Notes: a model not told the origin generated them from the letters alone. DNA of 64,000 bases from an uncultured delta proteobacterium (GCA_963727485.1 CAVSGM010000002.1:224001-288000); one strand, 5' to 3'. Counted from the stretch's first letter, positions 1 through 12,820 are shown. Translations and numbers: made by a program.

Positions 1-2699
1 AGGCCCGCGGCGGTGGCCCCGCCCGCGGCGTCGGCGAGGGCCTCCACGTCGGCGGCGGCCGCCCCGTGGGCGCCGGTGGCGGCGTGGAGCCGGGCCAGGG
101 CCAGGCGGCTCACGGTGTCGGCGGGGTCGGCGGCGATGACCGCCTCGAGGCACTGGATGGCCCGGGGCGGGTCGTCGAGGCGGTCGAGATAGAGGTGGGC
201 CAGGGACCGGTAGACCGACGGGCGGGTGGCCGGTGGCGCCGCGGCGAGGGTGCGCTCGTAGACCTTGGCGAGCTCCCGCCAGGCGCCGGCCCGGGCGTAG
301 AGCCGGGCGAGGCCCTCGAGGGCCCCGGCGTCCGCGGGCTGGGCGTCGAGGGCCTCGACGTAGAGCTCGGCGGCCTGGTCCGGCCGCCCCGAGCGGCCCG
401 CCCGGACCTCGGCGGCGCGGGAGAGGATCCGTGCGCGCTCGGCGGGCTCGCTGACCACCTCGGCCTCCCGGCGGAGCACGTCGACCACCGGGTCCCACTC
501 CCCACGCCGGGCGTGGAGGCGCTGGAGGGCCCGGAGGGCGGGGAGGGCGTCGGGGCGCTCGTCGAGGACGGCGCGGTAGGTGCGGATGGCCTCGCCCTCG
601 TCGAGGAGCTGCCCCTCGAAGAGGCCGCCCATCTTGAGGAGGAGGGCCACGCGGTGGGAGGTGTTCTCGGTGACCTCGAGCTCCCGCCGGTACATCTCCA
701 CCAGCTCCCCCCACCGGCCCTTCTGGAAGTAGAGCTTCCCCAGGGCCTTGAGGGCCGGGAGGTAGGCGGGCTGGAGCACCAGGACCTTGCGCCAGGCCTC
801 GATGGCCGCGTCCCGGTCGCCGATGCGGCGCTCCAGGAGCTCGGCGACCTCGTGGAGCAGGGCCACCACCCGGCGCTGGTCGTCGACCAGCTCGGACTCG
901 CGCTCGGTGAGGCGGACCAGCTCGTCCCAGCGCTCGAGGCCCCGGTTGAGGCGCTGGAGCTGGCGTACCGCCGGCAGGTGCTCCGGGCGCACCTCGAGGA
1001 CCCGCTGGTAGGTGGCGATGGCCGCCTCCCGGTCGCCCTGGCGCTCCTCCTGGAGGCGCGCGATCTGGTCGAGGAGGTGGATTTGCTGGTCGACGTCCTC
1101 CCCGGCCTCGGTGAGCTCGAGCTCGTGGAGGGCGATGAGGTCGGCGAAGCGCCCGGTGGCCTCGTAGAGGCGGTTGAGGCTCTGGAGCGCCGGGAGGTAG
1201 CCGGCGCGGATCTCGAGGATGCGCCGGAGGGTCTCGATGGCCGCCTCGGGCTGCGCCAGCTGCGCCTCCTGGACCTCGGCGATCTTGAACAGGCGCATGG
1301 CCTGCTGCTTGGGATCGGTGGCCGCCGCCAGCTCCTGCTCGAAGGTCCAGATGAGGTCGTCCCAGCGCTCGGCGCGGAAGTAGAGCTTGCCCAGGGCCGA
1401 GAGGGCGTCGGGGGAGCCCGGGCGGGCCTGGAGCATCTGGCGGTAGGCGGCGGCGGCGTCGTCGGCGCGGTGGAGGCGCTCGTCGAGGAGCTGGCCGAGC
1501 TGGTGCCACACCTCGCCGAGGGTGTGGGGATCGATGACCCGCCCGGAGAGGTCCTGGAGGATGCCGACCAGGTCGTCCCAGCGCTCGTAGGCCTCGTAGG
1601 CCGGGGCGAGCTCCTGGAGGACGGCGACGGCGTCGGGGGCGAGCTGGCGGGCCTTCTCCAGGAGCGCCACGGCGTGCTCGGGGCTCCCCAGGCGTTCCCG
1701 GGCCACCTGGGCGGCGTGTCGCAGGGTCGCCGCGGCCTTGCCGGCGTTCTCGGTGGCCTCGGCCTCCGCCTCGAGGATCCCCACCAGGGCCTTGGCGTCG
1801 CCGGCGGCGTCGTGGAGGCGCTCGAGGGCCAGGAGCGGCACCGGGTGGGCGGGGTCGACCTGGTGCGCCTGCTCGTAGAGGGCCCGGGCCTCGTCGGCCT
1901 GGCCGAGGCGGTCGGCGTGGAGGCCGGCGGCGGCGCAGAGGAGGGCGAGCTTCAGGGCCGGGGCGCCCTCCGCGGCGTTGGCCAGCGCCTGGTAGCGCGC
2001 GGCGAGGGCGGCGTGGTCGCCCTCGCGGGCGGCGACCTGGGCCAGGTAGACCGAGGCGGCGCGCCCCTCGGGATCGAGGCGCTCGACCTCGGCGAGGATG
2101 GGGAGGGCGTCGACGGGCTTGCCCAGGCGGTCGTGGAGGAGCACCGCGCGCTCGAAGAGGAGCTGGGCCCGCTTCCTTGGGGCCGGGTCGGCGTCGGCCT
2201 CGGCCTGGAGGAGCTGGGCGACCATGGCCCAGTTGCCCACGCCGGTGAACAGGCGCCTGGCGGCGCGGAGGTTCGGGCGGTAGGTGGCGTCGGCCTTGAA
2301 CGCCGACTGGTAGCAGACCGCGGCCTCCCGGGGCTTGTCGAGCCAGGCCTCGAAGACCTGGCCGGCGGCGTGCCACAGCCGCGCGGCCGCCGGGTCCCCG
2401 GCCCGGGCCTGGGCCTCACGGCGGTAGCTCTCGGCGAGGTCCTCCCAGCTCCCGCCCTCGAGGAGGATCGAGGCGTCGGGGCCCGGGTCAGCGGCGTCGG
2501 TGGGGCCGTCGGCGCCGTCGGGCGCGGGGGGGGGCGCCGCCTCGGTGGGCCCATCCCCGGCCGCGGCCACGGGGGGCACGCCATCGGCCGCCGCCCCGGG
2601 CTGGGGCGGTGACTGGGGACCGTTGTCGAAGAACGACGCCTCGAGGGGGTTGTCGGCCGGGCTCCCGCCCTCGCCCGGAGCCTTGGGCTCACCTGCCAT
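1..2699 (-). CDS. Large tetratricopeptide-repeat protein (myxobacterial gliding-associated TPR type), partial; runs off the left edge of the window
   Basis: Antisense to the 66..2612 shadow ORF. ATG at 2697-2699 ([26 protein letters not shown]...) follows a GGGGAGG RBS. The frame contains repeated TPR-like helical units. Confidence 0.75.
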   Translation of the reverse strand, partial: MAGEPKAPGEGGSPADNPLEASFFDNGPQSPPQPGAAADGVPPVAAAGDGPTEAAPPPAPDGADGPTDAADPGPDASILLEGGSWEDLAESYRREAQARAGDPAAARLWHAAGQVFEAWLDKPREAAVCYQSAFKADATYRPNLRAARRLFTGVGNWAMVAQLLQAEADADPAPRKRAQLLFERAVLLHDRLGKPVDALPILAEVERLDPEGRAASVYLAQVAAREGDHAALAARYQALANAAEGAPALKLALLCAAAGLHADRLGQADEARALYEQAHQVDPAHPVPLLALERLHDAAGDAKALVGILEAEAEATENAGKAAATLRHAAQVARERLGSPEHAVALLEKARQLAPDAVAVLQELAPAYEAYERWDDLVGILQDLSGRVIDPHTLGEVWHQLGQLLDERLHRADDAAAAYRQMLQARPGSPDALSALGKLYFRAERWDDLIWTFEQELAAATDPKQQAMRLFKIAEVQEAQLAQPEAAIETLRRILEIRAGYLPALQSLNRLYEATGRFADLIALHELELTEAGEDVDQQIHLLDQIARLQEERQGDREAAIATYQRVLEVRPEHLPAVRQLQRLNRGLERWDELVRLTERESELVDDQRRVVALLHEVAELLERRIGDRDAAIEAWRKVLVLQPAYLPALKALGKLYFQKGRWGELVEMYRRELEVTENTSHRVALLLKMGGLFEGQLLDEGEAIRTYRAVLDERPDALPALRALQRLHARRGEWDPVVDVLRREAEVVSEPAERARILSRAAEVRAGRSGRPDQAAELYVEALDAQPADAGALEGLARLYARAGAWRELAKVYERTLAAAPPATRPSVYRSLAHLYLDRLDDPPRAIQCLEAVIAADPADTVSRLALARLHAATGAHGAAAADVEALADAAGGATAAG

Positions 2700-2807
2700 G
2701 TGGCCTCCCCAGGTGGCCGCGGGGCCACCCATCACAGGCCACGGTAGCATCCCCCCCGGGGCCGGTACAACGTCCCGTCCCGACGGAGGAAAGCGGTCCC
2801 CGGGGGA

Positions 2808-4353
2808 TCAGCCCAGGGGGCCGGCGGCGTGCTCGGCCGCGCCGAGGATCACGCCCTCGTCGATCAGGGCGCACAGGGCCTCGATGTCCTTGTGGAGGGT
2901 CCGGTCCCCGTCGAGGGGGGGAACCTTCCGGCGGATGGCCGCGTGGACGGGCACCACACCCTTCCCGGGCTTCACCGGGAGCCGGTACTCCAGGGCCTGG
3001 GCGGCGCAGAGCATCTCGATGGCCGAGGATGGTCCGCACGTTCTCCACCACCGTGCGCAGCTTCACCGCCGCGGTCATGCCCATGGACACGTGGTCCTCG
3101 CGGCCGGCGCTCGAGGGGATGGAGTCGACCGACGCCGGGTGGCAGAGGATCTTGTTCTCGGCGACCAGGGCCGCGGCGGTGACCTGGGCGATCATGAAGC
3201 CCGAGTCGAGGCCCGGCTCGTGGGCGAGGAACGGCGGGAGCCCCGAGAGGCTCGGGTTGACCAGCTGCTCGATGCGCCGCTCGCTGATGCTCCCGAGCTC
3301 GGCGACGGCGATGGCGAGGAAGTCGAGGGCGAGGGCCACCGGCTGGCCGTGGAAGTTCCCGCCGCTGACGATCTCGCCGGTGTCGGGGAAGACCAGGGGG
3401 TTGTCGGTGGCGGAGTTCACCTCGCGCTCCAGGACCTGCCGGGCGTAGGCGATGGCGTCGCGGGACGCGCCGTGGACCTGGGGCATGCAGCGCAGGGAGT
3501 AGGGGTCCTGGACCTTGCCGCAGCTCCGGTGGCTCTCGACGATGCCGCTCTCGTCGAGGAGGGCGCGGAGGTTGGCCGCCACGGTGGCCTGGCCCGGGTG
3601 GCCGCGCACCGCGTGGAGGGGCGCGTCGAAGGGCTTCACGCTGCCCATCAGGCCCTCGAGGGTCAGGGCCCCGGCGACGTCGGCGGTGCGGGCCACCGAC
3701 TCGGCGCGCAGCAGCGCCAGGGTGCCCACGGCGGTCATGGCCTGGGTGCCGTTGATGAGGGCGAGGCCCTCCTTGGCCCGGAGGGTCACCGGCGCCAGGC
3801 CCGCGCGCGCCAGGGCCTCGCCGCCGGGGAGGCGCTCGCCGTCGTGCCAGGCCTCGCCCTCGCCCACGAGGACCAGCGCCAGGTGGGCCAGCGGCGCCAG
3901 GTCGCCGGAGGCGCCGAGCGACCCCTTCTCGGGGACCACCGGCACCACGTCCCGGTTGAGCATCTCGACCAGGAGGTCGACGATCTCGGGCCTGGCCCCG
4001 GAGTGGCCCTTGGCCAGCACGTTGGCCCGCAGCACCATCAGGGCGCGGGCCTCGTCCTCGGAGAGGGGCTCGCCGACGCCGCAGGCGTGGGAGCGCACCA
4101 GGTTGAGCTGGAGGCGGGCGAGGTCGTGGGGATCGATCCGGACCTCGGCGAGCTTCCCGAAGCCGGTGTTGATCCCGTAGACGAGCCGGTCCGAGGCGAG
4201 GATGTCCTCGACGACGGCGCGGGCGCGGCCCACGGCGGCGCGGGCCTCGGGGGCGACCTCCACCGAGGCGCCGTCGCCGGCGACGAGGGCCACCTCTTCG
4301 AGGCGGAGGGTGTCGCCGTCGAGGGCCACGTGACGGGGATGGGACGCGGGCAT
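2808..4353 (-). CDS. hutH: Histidine ammonia-lyase, with one apparent frameshift near 3025
   Basis: Contains [12 protein letters not shown] (MIO-forming ASG), [16 protein letters not shown] and EDHVSM. The C-terminus [11 protein letters not shown]... continues in ORF 2808..3014. Confidence 0.95.
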
Positions 4354-4471
4354 GTCCGGCGCTCTAGCACCGGCGGCAGGCTCCGTAAAGCGCCGCCCCC
4401 CGCCGCCGCGCCGGCCGCCCGCGGCGCGCCGTTGACCCGCCGCAGCGCGTCAAATACCCTCCGTCCCGCCC

Positions 4472-5709
4472 ATGGCGCTCCTGGTCCAGAAGTACGGCGG
4501 CACCTCGGTCGGGTCCGTCGACCGCATCCTCAACGTCGCCCGCCGGTGCCTCGCCGCCCGGGCGCGTGGCGACGACGTCGTGGTGGTGGTGAGCGCCATG
4601 GCCGGGGAGACCAACCGGCTGCTGGGCCTGGTCTCGGAGATCACCCCCCGGCCCGCGGAGCGCGAGCAGGACGTGGTGGTCTCCAGCGGCGAGCAGGTGA
4701 GCGTGGGGCTCCTGGCCCTGGCCATCCACAGCCTCGGGGGCAAGGCCCGCAGCTTCCTCGGCCACCAGATCCGCATCCTCACCGACTCGGCCTTCTCCCG
4801 GGCGCGGATCCAGGCCATCCAGGCGGACAAGCTCTACGAGGCCCTGGAGCGGGGCGAGATCGCCGTGGTCGCCGGCTTCCAGGGCGTCGACGACGCCGGG
4901 AACATCACCACCCTGGGCCGCGGGGGCTCGGACACCTCGGCGGTCGCGCTCGCGGCCGCGGTGGGCGCCGACGCCTGCGAGATCTACACCGACGTCGACG
5001 GGGTGTTCACCACCGACCCGGGCATCTGCCCGGCGGCGCGGAAGCTCGAGCGGATCTCCTACGAGGAGATGCTCGAGCTGGCGAGCCTGGGGGCCAAGGT
5101 CCTCCAGATCCGCTCGGTCGCCGCCGCCATGATTCACAACGTGCCGCTCTGGGTCCGGTCGTCGTTCAACGACGACCCGGGGACCCTGGTGGCCGCGGAG
5201 GACAGCGCCGTGGAGCAGCTCGTCGTTTCCGGCATCGCCTACGATCGCCACCAGGCCAAGATCGCCGTCCGCCGGGTGCCCGACACCCCGGGCGTCGCCG
5301 CGGCCCTCTTCGACGCCCTCGCCGAGGAGGGGGTGGTGGTCGACATGATCGTCCAGAACGCCTCGCGTGGAGGGGCACACCGACGTCACCTTCACCGTGC
5401 GCGAGGACCGACCTCGATCGGGCCAAGGAGATCGTCGACCGGGTCGCCGCCGAGCTCGGCGCCGGCTCGGTGGAGACCGACGACCGGATGGCGAAGGTCT
5501 CGGTGGTCGGGGTGGGGATGCGGACCCACGCCGGCGTGGCCGCGCGGATGTTCCACACGCTCTCGCAGGAGAACATCAACGTCCAGATGATCTCCACCTC
5601 GGAGATCAAGGTCTCGGCGGTCATCGACGAGAAGTACGTCGAGCTCGCCGTCCGCTCCCTCCACACGGCCTTTGGCCTCGACGCCGCGCCGGCGACCCCG
5701 GCGGCCTAG
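4472..5709 (+). CDS. lysC: Aspartate kinase, with an apparent frameshift near 5370
   Basis: Contains [27 protein letters not shown] and IYTDVDG. The ACT tail [20 protein letters not shown]...ISTSEIKVS is in another frame ending at 5709. Confidence 0.95.
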
Positions 5710-5717
5710 GAGACGCC

Positions 5718-6261
5718 ATGCGCCGGGGGCCGGTCATCATCGCCGGGATCCTGCTGGTGGTCCTCACCGGCCTCGGGATCTGGCGCTACGTCGCCCGCCC
5801 GGGGGAGGGCGCCCAGGTGCCCCTGCCGGGTCGGCCGAGCTGCCCCGAGGTCATCTCCCTCGAGCGCCCGGAGCACCGCGCCGAGCTCGTCTGCCTCGCC
5901 AACGGCCCGGGCCCGGGCGACGCAGGTGGCCGCCCGGCTCGGTTGCACCCTCGAGAAGCTGCCCCACCTGGTCGCCGGAGATCGCCTGGTCGTGGAGCCG
6001 GGCACCCCCGACTGCAAGACCACCGTGGCCCGGATGAGCGGGTCGAGCCTCCTCGCCCTGGGCCTGCCCGTGGACCTCAACCGGGCCACCGTCGACGACC
6101 TCGAGGCGCTGCCGGGGATCGGGCCCACCAAGGCCGAGGCCATCGTCGACGACCGCCTGGCCCACGGGCGCTTCCACTCGATCGCCGACCTCGCCCGGGT
6201 GAAGGGCATCGGGCCGGCGACGGTGAGGCGCCTCGCCGGGAAGATTTCCGTCGAGCCCTGA
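5718..6261 (+). CDS. ComEA-like helix-hairpin-helix DNA-binding membrane protein, with an apparent frameshift near 5915
   Basis: N-terminal TM helix (MRRGPVIIAGILLVVLTGLGIW). C-terminal VDLNRATVDDLEALPGIGPTKAEAIV...RVKGIGP (HhH_3). Confidence 0.8.
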
Positions 6262-6276
6262 GGCGGCGCCTCGAGG

Positions 6277-7093
6277 TCAGCGCACCACGGTCCCGAAGCC
6301 GGCGAAGAGCTCGGCGGCCAGCCGACTGGCCGTGGCGGCCCCGGCGCAGGTAGCTGTTGACCACCCGGTGGGTCTTCGGGTCCCGGTGGCGGTGGGGGTG
6401 GGCCAGGTCCAGGTAGGCCCGGTCGACGCCCCGGCTGCCGTACTGCACCAGGACCACGGTTCCGTCGGCGCGGATGCGCTCGACCAGGGCCACGTGGGTC
6501 AGCGGGTCGTCCCGGCGCCCGTCCCGGTTCCGGTCGAGGGTGTCGTGGAAGAAGACCAGGTCGCCGGGGTGGGGGCCGTCCCGGTGGAGGCCGCCGCGGC
6601 GCCGGACGTAGCCGTAGATGATGGCGACGCCGTTCTCCCGGCGGTGGGAGGCGCCGTCGGCGAAGAGGTCGATGCCCTCGCTGCGGTAGACCGCCTGGGC
6701 GAGGCCCGAGCAGTCGGCGCGGTAGCGGTGCCCGTGGAGCCGGAGGCGCCGGCGGCCCACCAGGCGTCCGGCGAGGTCGGCGAGGGCGTCCTGGCGGGCG
6801 AGGATCCGGGCCCGGGCGTGGGCGACCTCCCCGGGGGCCTCGGGGGAGAGGCTGGCGAGGGCCGGGGTGGGGCGGGGGGCCCGGGCGGTGGCCGCGGCGG
6901 GGGCCGGCGCCGGGGCGGGCACCGCCGGGGGCGGCGCGGGGTAGTGGGTCGGCGGGGGCGGGGGCACCGCGTCCTGGAACCGGCTGGCGAGGGCGGCGGC
7001 GTCCAGGGGGGTGCGCACCGGGGCCACGGCGCAGCCGCCGGCGAGGAGGGCGGCGGCGGCGAGGAGGACCAGGCTCGAGGTGCTGCGTGACAT
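6277..7093 (-). CDS. NlpC/P60 (CHAP-like) peptidoglycan hydrolase lipoprotein, with an apparent frameshift near the C-terminus
   Basis: Lipobox LAGGC, catalytic DCSGL, PGDLVFF and THVALV. The probable true end, RLAAELFAGFGTVVR*, lies at 6277 in a shifted frame. Confidence 0.8.
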
Positions 7094-7242
7094 CTTCCGC
7101 CGCCTTCCAGGGTACCGGGGCGGACGATCCGGTCAACTTCGGGGCCGGGAGTGTGGCCTCCGTCCCCGGGCCCGTGGTATCCCCTCCGGACCCGCCCCTT
7201 CGGGCCCTCGGGGAGACGGCGATCCTGGAAAATGCTTCAAGG

Positions 7243-9122
7243 ATGACGCGCAAGTACCTGATCTGGAGCGCCTTTCTCCTTCTGCTCCTCGGCGGCGGCG
7301 GCTGCGCCAGCGCCTTCCAGGAGGCGGCGCGGGCGGACACGCCGGCGGCCTACCGGGCCTTCCTCGCCAGCGGCCAGGGGACCGACGCCGAGCGCCAGTC
7401 CGCCAGGAGCCGCCTCGACGCCATCAGCTTCGACCGGGCGCGGAAGGCCGGGACCCTCGCCGGGTACAAGCGCTACCTCGAGGCCTTCCCCCACGGCGAC
7501 CACGCCGAGTCCGCCGCCGCCGCCCTCGAGGCCCTGCGCTTCAAGGCGGCGATGGGCACCCAGGGGCCCTGGGCCCTGGAAGACTTCCTCGCCCGCTACC
7601 CCAGCGGGCCCCACTCGGCGGCGGCGCGCGACGCCCTGTCGGTCCGGACCCGCAAGGCGGCGCTGGCGAGCAAGGACCCGGCGCGGTACCGGGCGTGGCT
7701 CGACCGCTACCCCGACGCCCCGGGGGCGGCCGCAGGTCCGCCGGGCCCTCGCCCAGCGCGCCTGGGCCCGGGCGTCGAAGGCGGGCACCTTCGCGGCCCT
7801 GTCCCACTTCGTCCACGCCTTCCCCGGCGATCCCCACCAGGCGGGAGGCGGCGCTCCGGATCCGGGCCCTGGAGGTCCGGGCCGGCGTCGCCGCCGGGAA
7901 GCTCGACGCGGCACGCAAGGTGGTCGCCGGCACCGGCAACCCCGAGGGCCCACGCCCGCCTCCAGGCGGCCTTCGACCGGGCGCTCCTCCACCGGGCCCT
8001 CGTGGACCTCGACCCGGCGGCCCTCGGGGCCCTCGCCGCCGAGCCCGGGGTGGGGCCCCGAGGCCGCCGCGGCCCTGAAGGCCCTCCGGGCCCGGCCCCG
8101 GCATGGGCGCCGGCTCACCGCCGCCGCCGAGGTCCTGGCCACCCCCGCCGCCGGGCCTCACCGAGGTGGAGATCACCGCGGGCCTCGCCAGCACCGACCC
8201 CCGGCGCCGCCGGGTCTCCGTCCGGGCGCTCGGCTACACCCGGGATCCGGACCGCCTCCGGCGCCTGGTCGACGCCCTCGGGGACCCGGACCTCCTGGTC
8301 CGCCTCGAGGCCCAGGGGGCGATCCGGCGCCTGGCCGCCAGCCTCGATCCCCTGGTCCGGGACGTGGCCTTCGCCGCCAACCTCCAGCGCCTCCACGCCC
8401 GGGCCGCCGGGAGCAGGCTGCTCACCGCCGAGGGCATCGTCCTCGAGGCCGCCGGCCGCCCGGGGGCCCGGGACGCCCTCCGCCGCGCCGCCGCGAACCC
8501 GGGGCGGATCCTGGCGCCGCTCCACCTCGTCGACCTCGAGACCGACCCCGAGCGCCGGTGGGTGGCCCTGACCCAGGCGGCCCACCGGATCATGGCCGCC
8601 GTCCACGACCGCCTCGGTGCCCTGGACCGGGCCCGGACCAAGGGGCCGGTGGACGTGGCCCTCCTGCGCCAGTGCGCCGGCTTCGACCAGGTCCTCGGGC
8701 AGGTCCTCGCCCACACCGCCGGCGTCGCGAAGGCCCGGGCCCAGGCCACCGGCCTCCCCAAGGTCGAGCCGCTCCCCTGGGCCGCCGACGCCCGCACCCT
8801 CGAGGCGCGCCTCCACCGGATGCGGGCCGACGCCGAGGCCCGGGCCCGGGTCGTCGACCGGAGCTACCTGTCCTTCGACGTGGACGAGGGCGCCGGTCGG
8901 CGGGCCGCGGCGGCGAAGAAGAAGCTCGCGGCGGTGAAGGTCCTCGCCCGGGCGCCCGGGGTGCCTGGGGTCCACGCCGCCCTGGCGCGCGCCGCCCGGA
9001 GCCCCCTCGCCGCAGTGGCCGCCGCGGCCCGGGGGGTGCTCGCCGCCGAGGCGAAGCCGGCGCCGGAGACCGCGGCGAAGACCGCGAACCCGGCGCCGAA
9101 GACCGCGGAGGGCGCCCGATGA
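7243..9122 (+). CDS. Putative lipoprotein with helical and HEAT repeats, with several apparent frameshifts between 7740 and 8100
   Basis: Signal peptide MTRKYLIWSAFLLLLLGGGGC. Repeats of the Y..YL..FP.G.H type and a HEAT-like segment LVDALGDPDLLVRLEA. Confidence 0.6.
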
Positions 9123-9541
9123 AGCTCCCGGACGCCCTCTGCCGGGACGTCGCCGGCCTCCTCCAGGGCCGGCACCAGGACCGCCTCGGCCCCGGTGAGC
9201 TGTTCACCGTCGCAGGCGAGATGGACGCCGACGGGGTCGAGGTCACCCTCGTCCTCGACGCCCCGGGCGGCCACGACCGGGCCGAGGCCGTGTGCCGGGT
9301 CGCGGTGCCCAAGGGCGCCCCCGACGCCGACGCCGCCCTCGACCGTGCCCTCGACGCCGCCGACGCCTTCCTCGGGAGCTGGCTCGAGGGGGACCGGGCC
9401 GAGCACTTCCCGGTGGACTTCGAGGAGTACGAGTACGGGGGCGCGCCGGTGAGCCTCCGGTTCCGGCGGTCCCGGCCCACGGTCGAGACCGAGGCCGACC
9501 GGCTCCTCCGGGAAGCCGGCCACGATCCCGACGACGTCTGA
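9119..9541 (+). CDS. Hypothetical protein (140 aa)
   Basis: ATG overlaps the upstream TGA. Starts MKLPDALCRD... with typical GC3 bias. Confidence 0.6.
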   Translation: MKLPDALCRDVAGLLQGRHQDRLGPGELFTVAGEMDADGVEVTLVLDAPGGHDRAEAVCRVAVPKGAPDADAALDRALDAADAFLGSWLEGDRAEHFPVDFEEYEYGGAPVSLRFRRSRPTVETEADRLLREAGHDPDDV

Positions 9542-9578
9542 TCCGGCCGTCGGCCCGGCGCCGCCGCCGGCGCGGCGG

Positions 9579-9878
9579 TCACGCCTCGCCGGACCCCTCG
9601 GGCCCGCCCTCGCCGTAGCCGTAGGGGGCCTCGGGGAGCGCCTCGCCCTCGGCGAGACCGAGGAAGACCTTCATCTGGACGTCGAGCTTCTCCGCGTCGG
9701 CGGCGCTCGCCAGGTTGAGCCGGAACTCGTTGATCACCTTGGTCTGCATCACCTGCCAGGCCCGCCAGCAGGAAAGGCACACGTGGTCCTGGATCTCCTG
9801 ACCCGAGGGCCCGGGCCAGGGGGGCGCCGGCAGGGCCTCCCGCGCCTCGCCACATCTCGCACACTTCACCGTCGCCAT
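9579..9878 (-). CDS. yggX: Fe(II)-trafficking / oxidative damage protection protein (YggX family)
   Basis: Contains TVKCARCG...PPWPGPSGQEIQDHVC..CW..W...QTKVINEFRLNL. Confidence 0.85.
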   Translation of the reverse strand: MATVKCARCGEAREALPAPPWPGPSGQEIQDHVCLSCWRAWQVMQTKVINEFRLNLASAADAEKLDVQMKVFLGLAEGEALPEAPYGYGEGGPEGSGEA

Positions 9879-9937
9879 GGGTTCCTCCGAGGACTGCACT
9901 GACATTCAGGGGTGCGTGCTATATCACTGTGTTGCTC

Positions 9938-12049
9938 ATGGCCAGCCGTCGCTACACCCTGAAGTCGCACGTCCCCGCCGTCAACTGGCGCATCGACTAC
10001 GCCCAGGATCTCAACGCCGAGCAGCTCCGGGTCGTCGAGGCCGGCAACGGCCCGCTCCTGGTCATCGCCGGGGCGGGCTCGGGGAAGACCCGGACCCTCA
10101 CCTACCGGGTGGCAAGGCTCCTCGAGTCGGGGGTCCGGCCCGAGGAGGTCCTTCTCCTCACGTTCACCAACCGCGCCGCCCGGGAGATGATCGGCCGGGT
10201 GAACGAGCTCGGGGGCGAGGCCCTCGGCAACGACCTGCGCCGCCTCTGGGGCGGAACCTTCCACCACGTGGCGGCGCTCACCCTCCGGGAGCACGCCTCG
10301 GTGCTCGGCTACGGCGAGCGCTTCGGCATCCTCGACCGCGAGGACTCGAGCGAGCTGATGAAGGCCTGCATCGCCGAGCTGGGCCTGGCGAGCCTCCCCC
10401 GGCGCTTCCCCAAGCCCGACGTGGTGGTCAGCCTGGTCTCCAGCGCGGTGAACACCCAGACCCCCATCGCCGACGTGGTCGCCGACCGGACGCCCCAGTT
10501 CGTGGTCCTCACCGAGGAGATCCTCCAGGCCGCCGCCCGGTACATGGAGCGCAAGGTCGCCCTCAACGTCATGGACTTCGACGACCTCCTCCTCAACTGG
10601 AAGGTGCTCCTCGCCGAGCACCCGGCGGTCCGCGCCGCCCAGGCCGGCCGCTTCCGCCACGTCCTGGTCGACGAGTACCAGGACACCAACCAGCTCCAGG
10701 GCGACCTCGTCGACCTGGTGAGCTCGGTCCACGGCAACCTCATGGTCGTCGGCGACGACGCCCAGAGCATCTACTCGTTCCGGGGGGCGCACTTCGCCAA
10801 CATCTTCGAGTTCCCCGAGCGCCATGCCGGGGCCCAGGTCTTCCACCTCACCGCCAACTACCGGTCGACCCCCCAGATCCTCGAGCTCGCCAACGCCTCC
10901 ATCGCCAACAACGACAAGCAGTTCGAGAAGACCCTCACCGCGGTCCGCGACGCCGGGGTGCTCCCGGCGCTGGTGCCCACCCGGGACGTGTTCCAGCAGG
11001 CCGAGTTCGTCTGCCAGCGCATCCTCGAGGTCCGCGACGAGGGCATCCCCCTCAAGGACGTGGCGGTCCTCTACCGGGCCCACCACCACTCCATGGAGCT
11101 GCAGGTCGAGCTCTCGCGCCGGGGCATCCCCTTCGTGGTGCGCTCGGGGCTGCGGTTCTTCGAGCAGGCCCACATCAAGGACGTGCTGGCCCACCTGCGC
11201 CTCACGGCCAACCCCCGCGACGAGCTGGCCTTCAAGCGCACCATCCGCCTGGTGCGGGGCATCGGCAGCGCCATCGCCGAGCGCCTCTGGACCTGGATGC
11301 GCGCCCGGTCCGAGGGCGCCGGCGACCCGGTGTCGGCGATCCTTCGCCGCGAGGCGCTCGAGGAGGTCCCGCCGCGGGCCCGGGCCAGCGTGGGGCGGTA
11401 CCAGGGGCTCCTCCGCGAGCTGGGCAAGCCGTCCCTCCGGGACACCCCCGGCGAGATGATCCGCCTGGTGCTCGAGAGCGGCTACGACGACTACCTGAAG
11501 GACACCTTCCTCAACGGTGAGTCGCGCCTCGAGGACCTGGAGCAGCTCGCCACCTTCGCCGACTCGTACACCGACCTCGACACCTTCCTCGGCGAGGTCA
11601 GCCTCCTCACCGAGCTCGAGGGCGAGGAGGTCGTCGACGGTGTCGAGCCCGACGAGCACGTGACCCTCTCCACCATCCACAAGGCCAAGGGCCTCGAGTG
11701 GCGGGCGGTGTTCCTGGTGTGGCTCGCCGACGGGCGCTTCCCGGTCCCGGCGGCCTACCGCACCGCCGACGGCCTCGAGGAGGAGCGGCGCCTCTTCTAC
11801 GTCGCCTGCACCCGGGCCAAGGACGAGCTCTACCTCTGCCACCCGATCATGCACACCCAGCGGGACAGCGAGCGCATCGTGATGAAGGCCTCGCCCTTCG
11901 TCGAGGAGCTCCCCGAGGGGGACGACGCCCCGTATGAGCGGTGGAGCCTGGAGGTCGAGGCGGTGGATCCCGGGCCGGCGCTGGGGCCCGGGGCGGGGAT
12001 CGCCGGCGCCCTCGGCGAGGGGGGCGAGGGCCCGGATTCCGCTGATTGA
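9938..12049 (+). CDS. UvrD/PcrA/Rep family ATP-dependent DNA helicase
   Basis: Contains AGAGSGKT, TFTNRAAREM, VLVDEYQDTN, VGDDAQSIY, NYRS, TIHKAKGLEW and EERRLFYVA. Confidence 0.95.
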   Translation: MASRRYTLKSHVPAVNWRIDYAQDLNAEQLRVVEAGNGPLLVIAGAGSGKTRTLTYRVARLLESGVRPEEVLLLTFTNRAAREMIGRVNELGGEALGNDLRRLWGGTFHHVAALTLREHASVLGYGERFGILDREDSSELMKACIAELGLASLPRRFPKPDVVVSLVSSAVNTQTPIADVVADRTPQFVVLTEEILQAAARYMERKVALNVMDFDDLLLNWKVLLAEHPAVRAAQAGRFRHVLVDEYQDTNQLQGDLVDLVSSVHGNLMVVGDDAQSIYSFRGAHFANIFEFPERHAGAQVFHLTANYRSTPQILELANASIANNDKQFEKTLTAVRDAGVLPALVPTRDVFQQAEFVCQRILEVRDEGIPLKDVAVLYRAHHHSMELQVELSRRGIPFVVRSGLRFFEQAHIKDVLAHLRLTANPRDELAFKRTIRLVRGIGSAIAERLWTWMRARSEGAGDPVSAILRREALEEVPPRARASVGRYQGLLRELGKPSLRDTPGEMIRLVLESGYDDYLKDTFLNGESRLEDLEQLATFADSYTDLDTFLGEVSLLTELEGEEVVDGVEPDEHVTLSTIHKAKGLEWRAVFLVWLADGRFPVPAAYRTADGLEEERRLFYVACTRAKDELYLCHPIMHTQRDSERIVMKASPFVEELPEGDDAPYERWSLEVEAVDPGPALGPGAGIAGALGEGGEGPDSAD

Positions 12050-12155
12050 CCGGGCCCTTGGGCGCCGATACGATGCGGCCCACAGTGCCGGGCCGCGAAG
12101 CATCAGGGGGGGGCGTCGGGTCCCCCACGGGGGGTGGAAACGTCGTGCCGCCGCG

Positions 12156-12820
12156 GTGGCGCGGGGCCTGGCCACGGCCCTGGCGTGCCTGTCCCTCGGC
12201 GCCTGCGCCACGCCCACCTCGGGCCTCGCCGCCCCCGGCGCCGACACCGCCGGGAGCGTGACGCCCCCGGGGCGCGCCTTCCCCACCGAGGTCACCTTTC
12301 CCGACGGCTACGGCCGCGCCTGGGACGCCACGGTGGCGGTCCTCGCCTCCCGGGGCTTCCCCCTGCGCTCGGTGGCCCGGGCGTCGGGGATCGTCCAGAC
12401 CGGGTGGCGGGTCACCGCCGGGCGCTACGAGACCCGGGTCGGCGGGGTCCTCTACTACGGCCGGAAGGTCGAGCGGCTCACGGTCCTGGTCCGGCCCCTC
12501 TCCCACGGGACCGCGGTCTCGGTGCAGGCCCAGGCGGCCCTGGTGAGCCCCGAGTGGAGCGCCGCCGGCACCCCGGCGCCGGGGCAGGCCGCCGACGTCC
12601 CCGACGACACCATCACCGACTACGGGATCCTCCATGACCTGGGGCGGGTGCTCCGCCGGCCCCTGGCCCGGGCGCCCGACGCCGGCTACCCGGGGCCCCT
12701 GGCCGGCGGCGGGGTGTTCACGGCGCCGGTGAGGGCCGCGGCGCCGGTGAAGGCCGCGCCGCCGCCCCAGGCCCCCACCTCGCCGCCGCCCCCGCCGCCC
12801 GCCACCGCCGGAGGGACCCC

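Noticed and set aside
66..2612. Long plus-strand ORF and similar long ORFs (2500..5709, 26363..28957, 49662..52814)
   Set aside because: These are antisense or off-frame shadows of real genes, typical of high-GC DNA, with no recognisable domains of their own.
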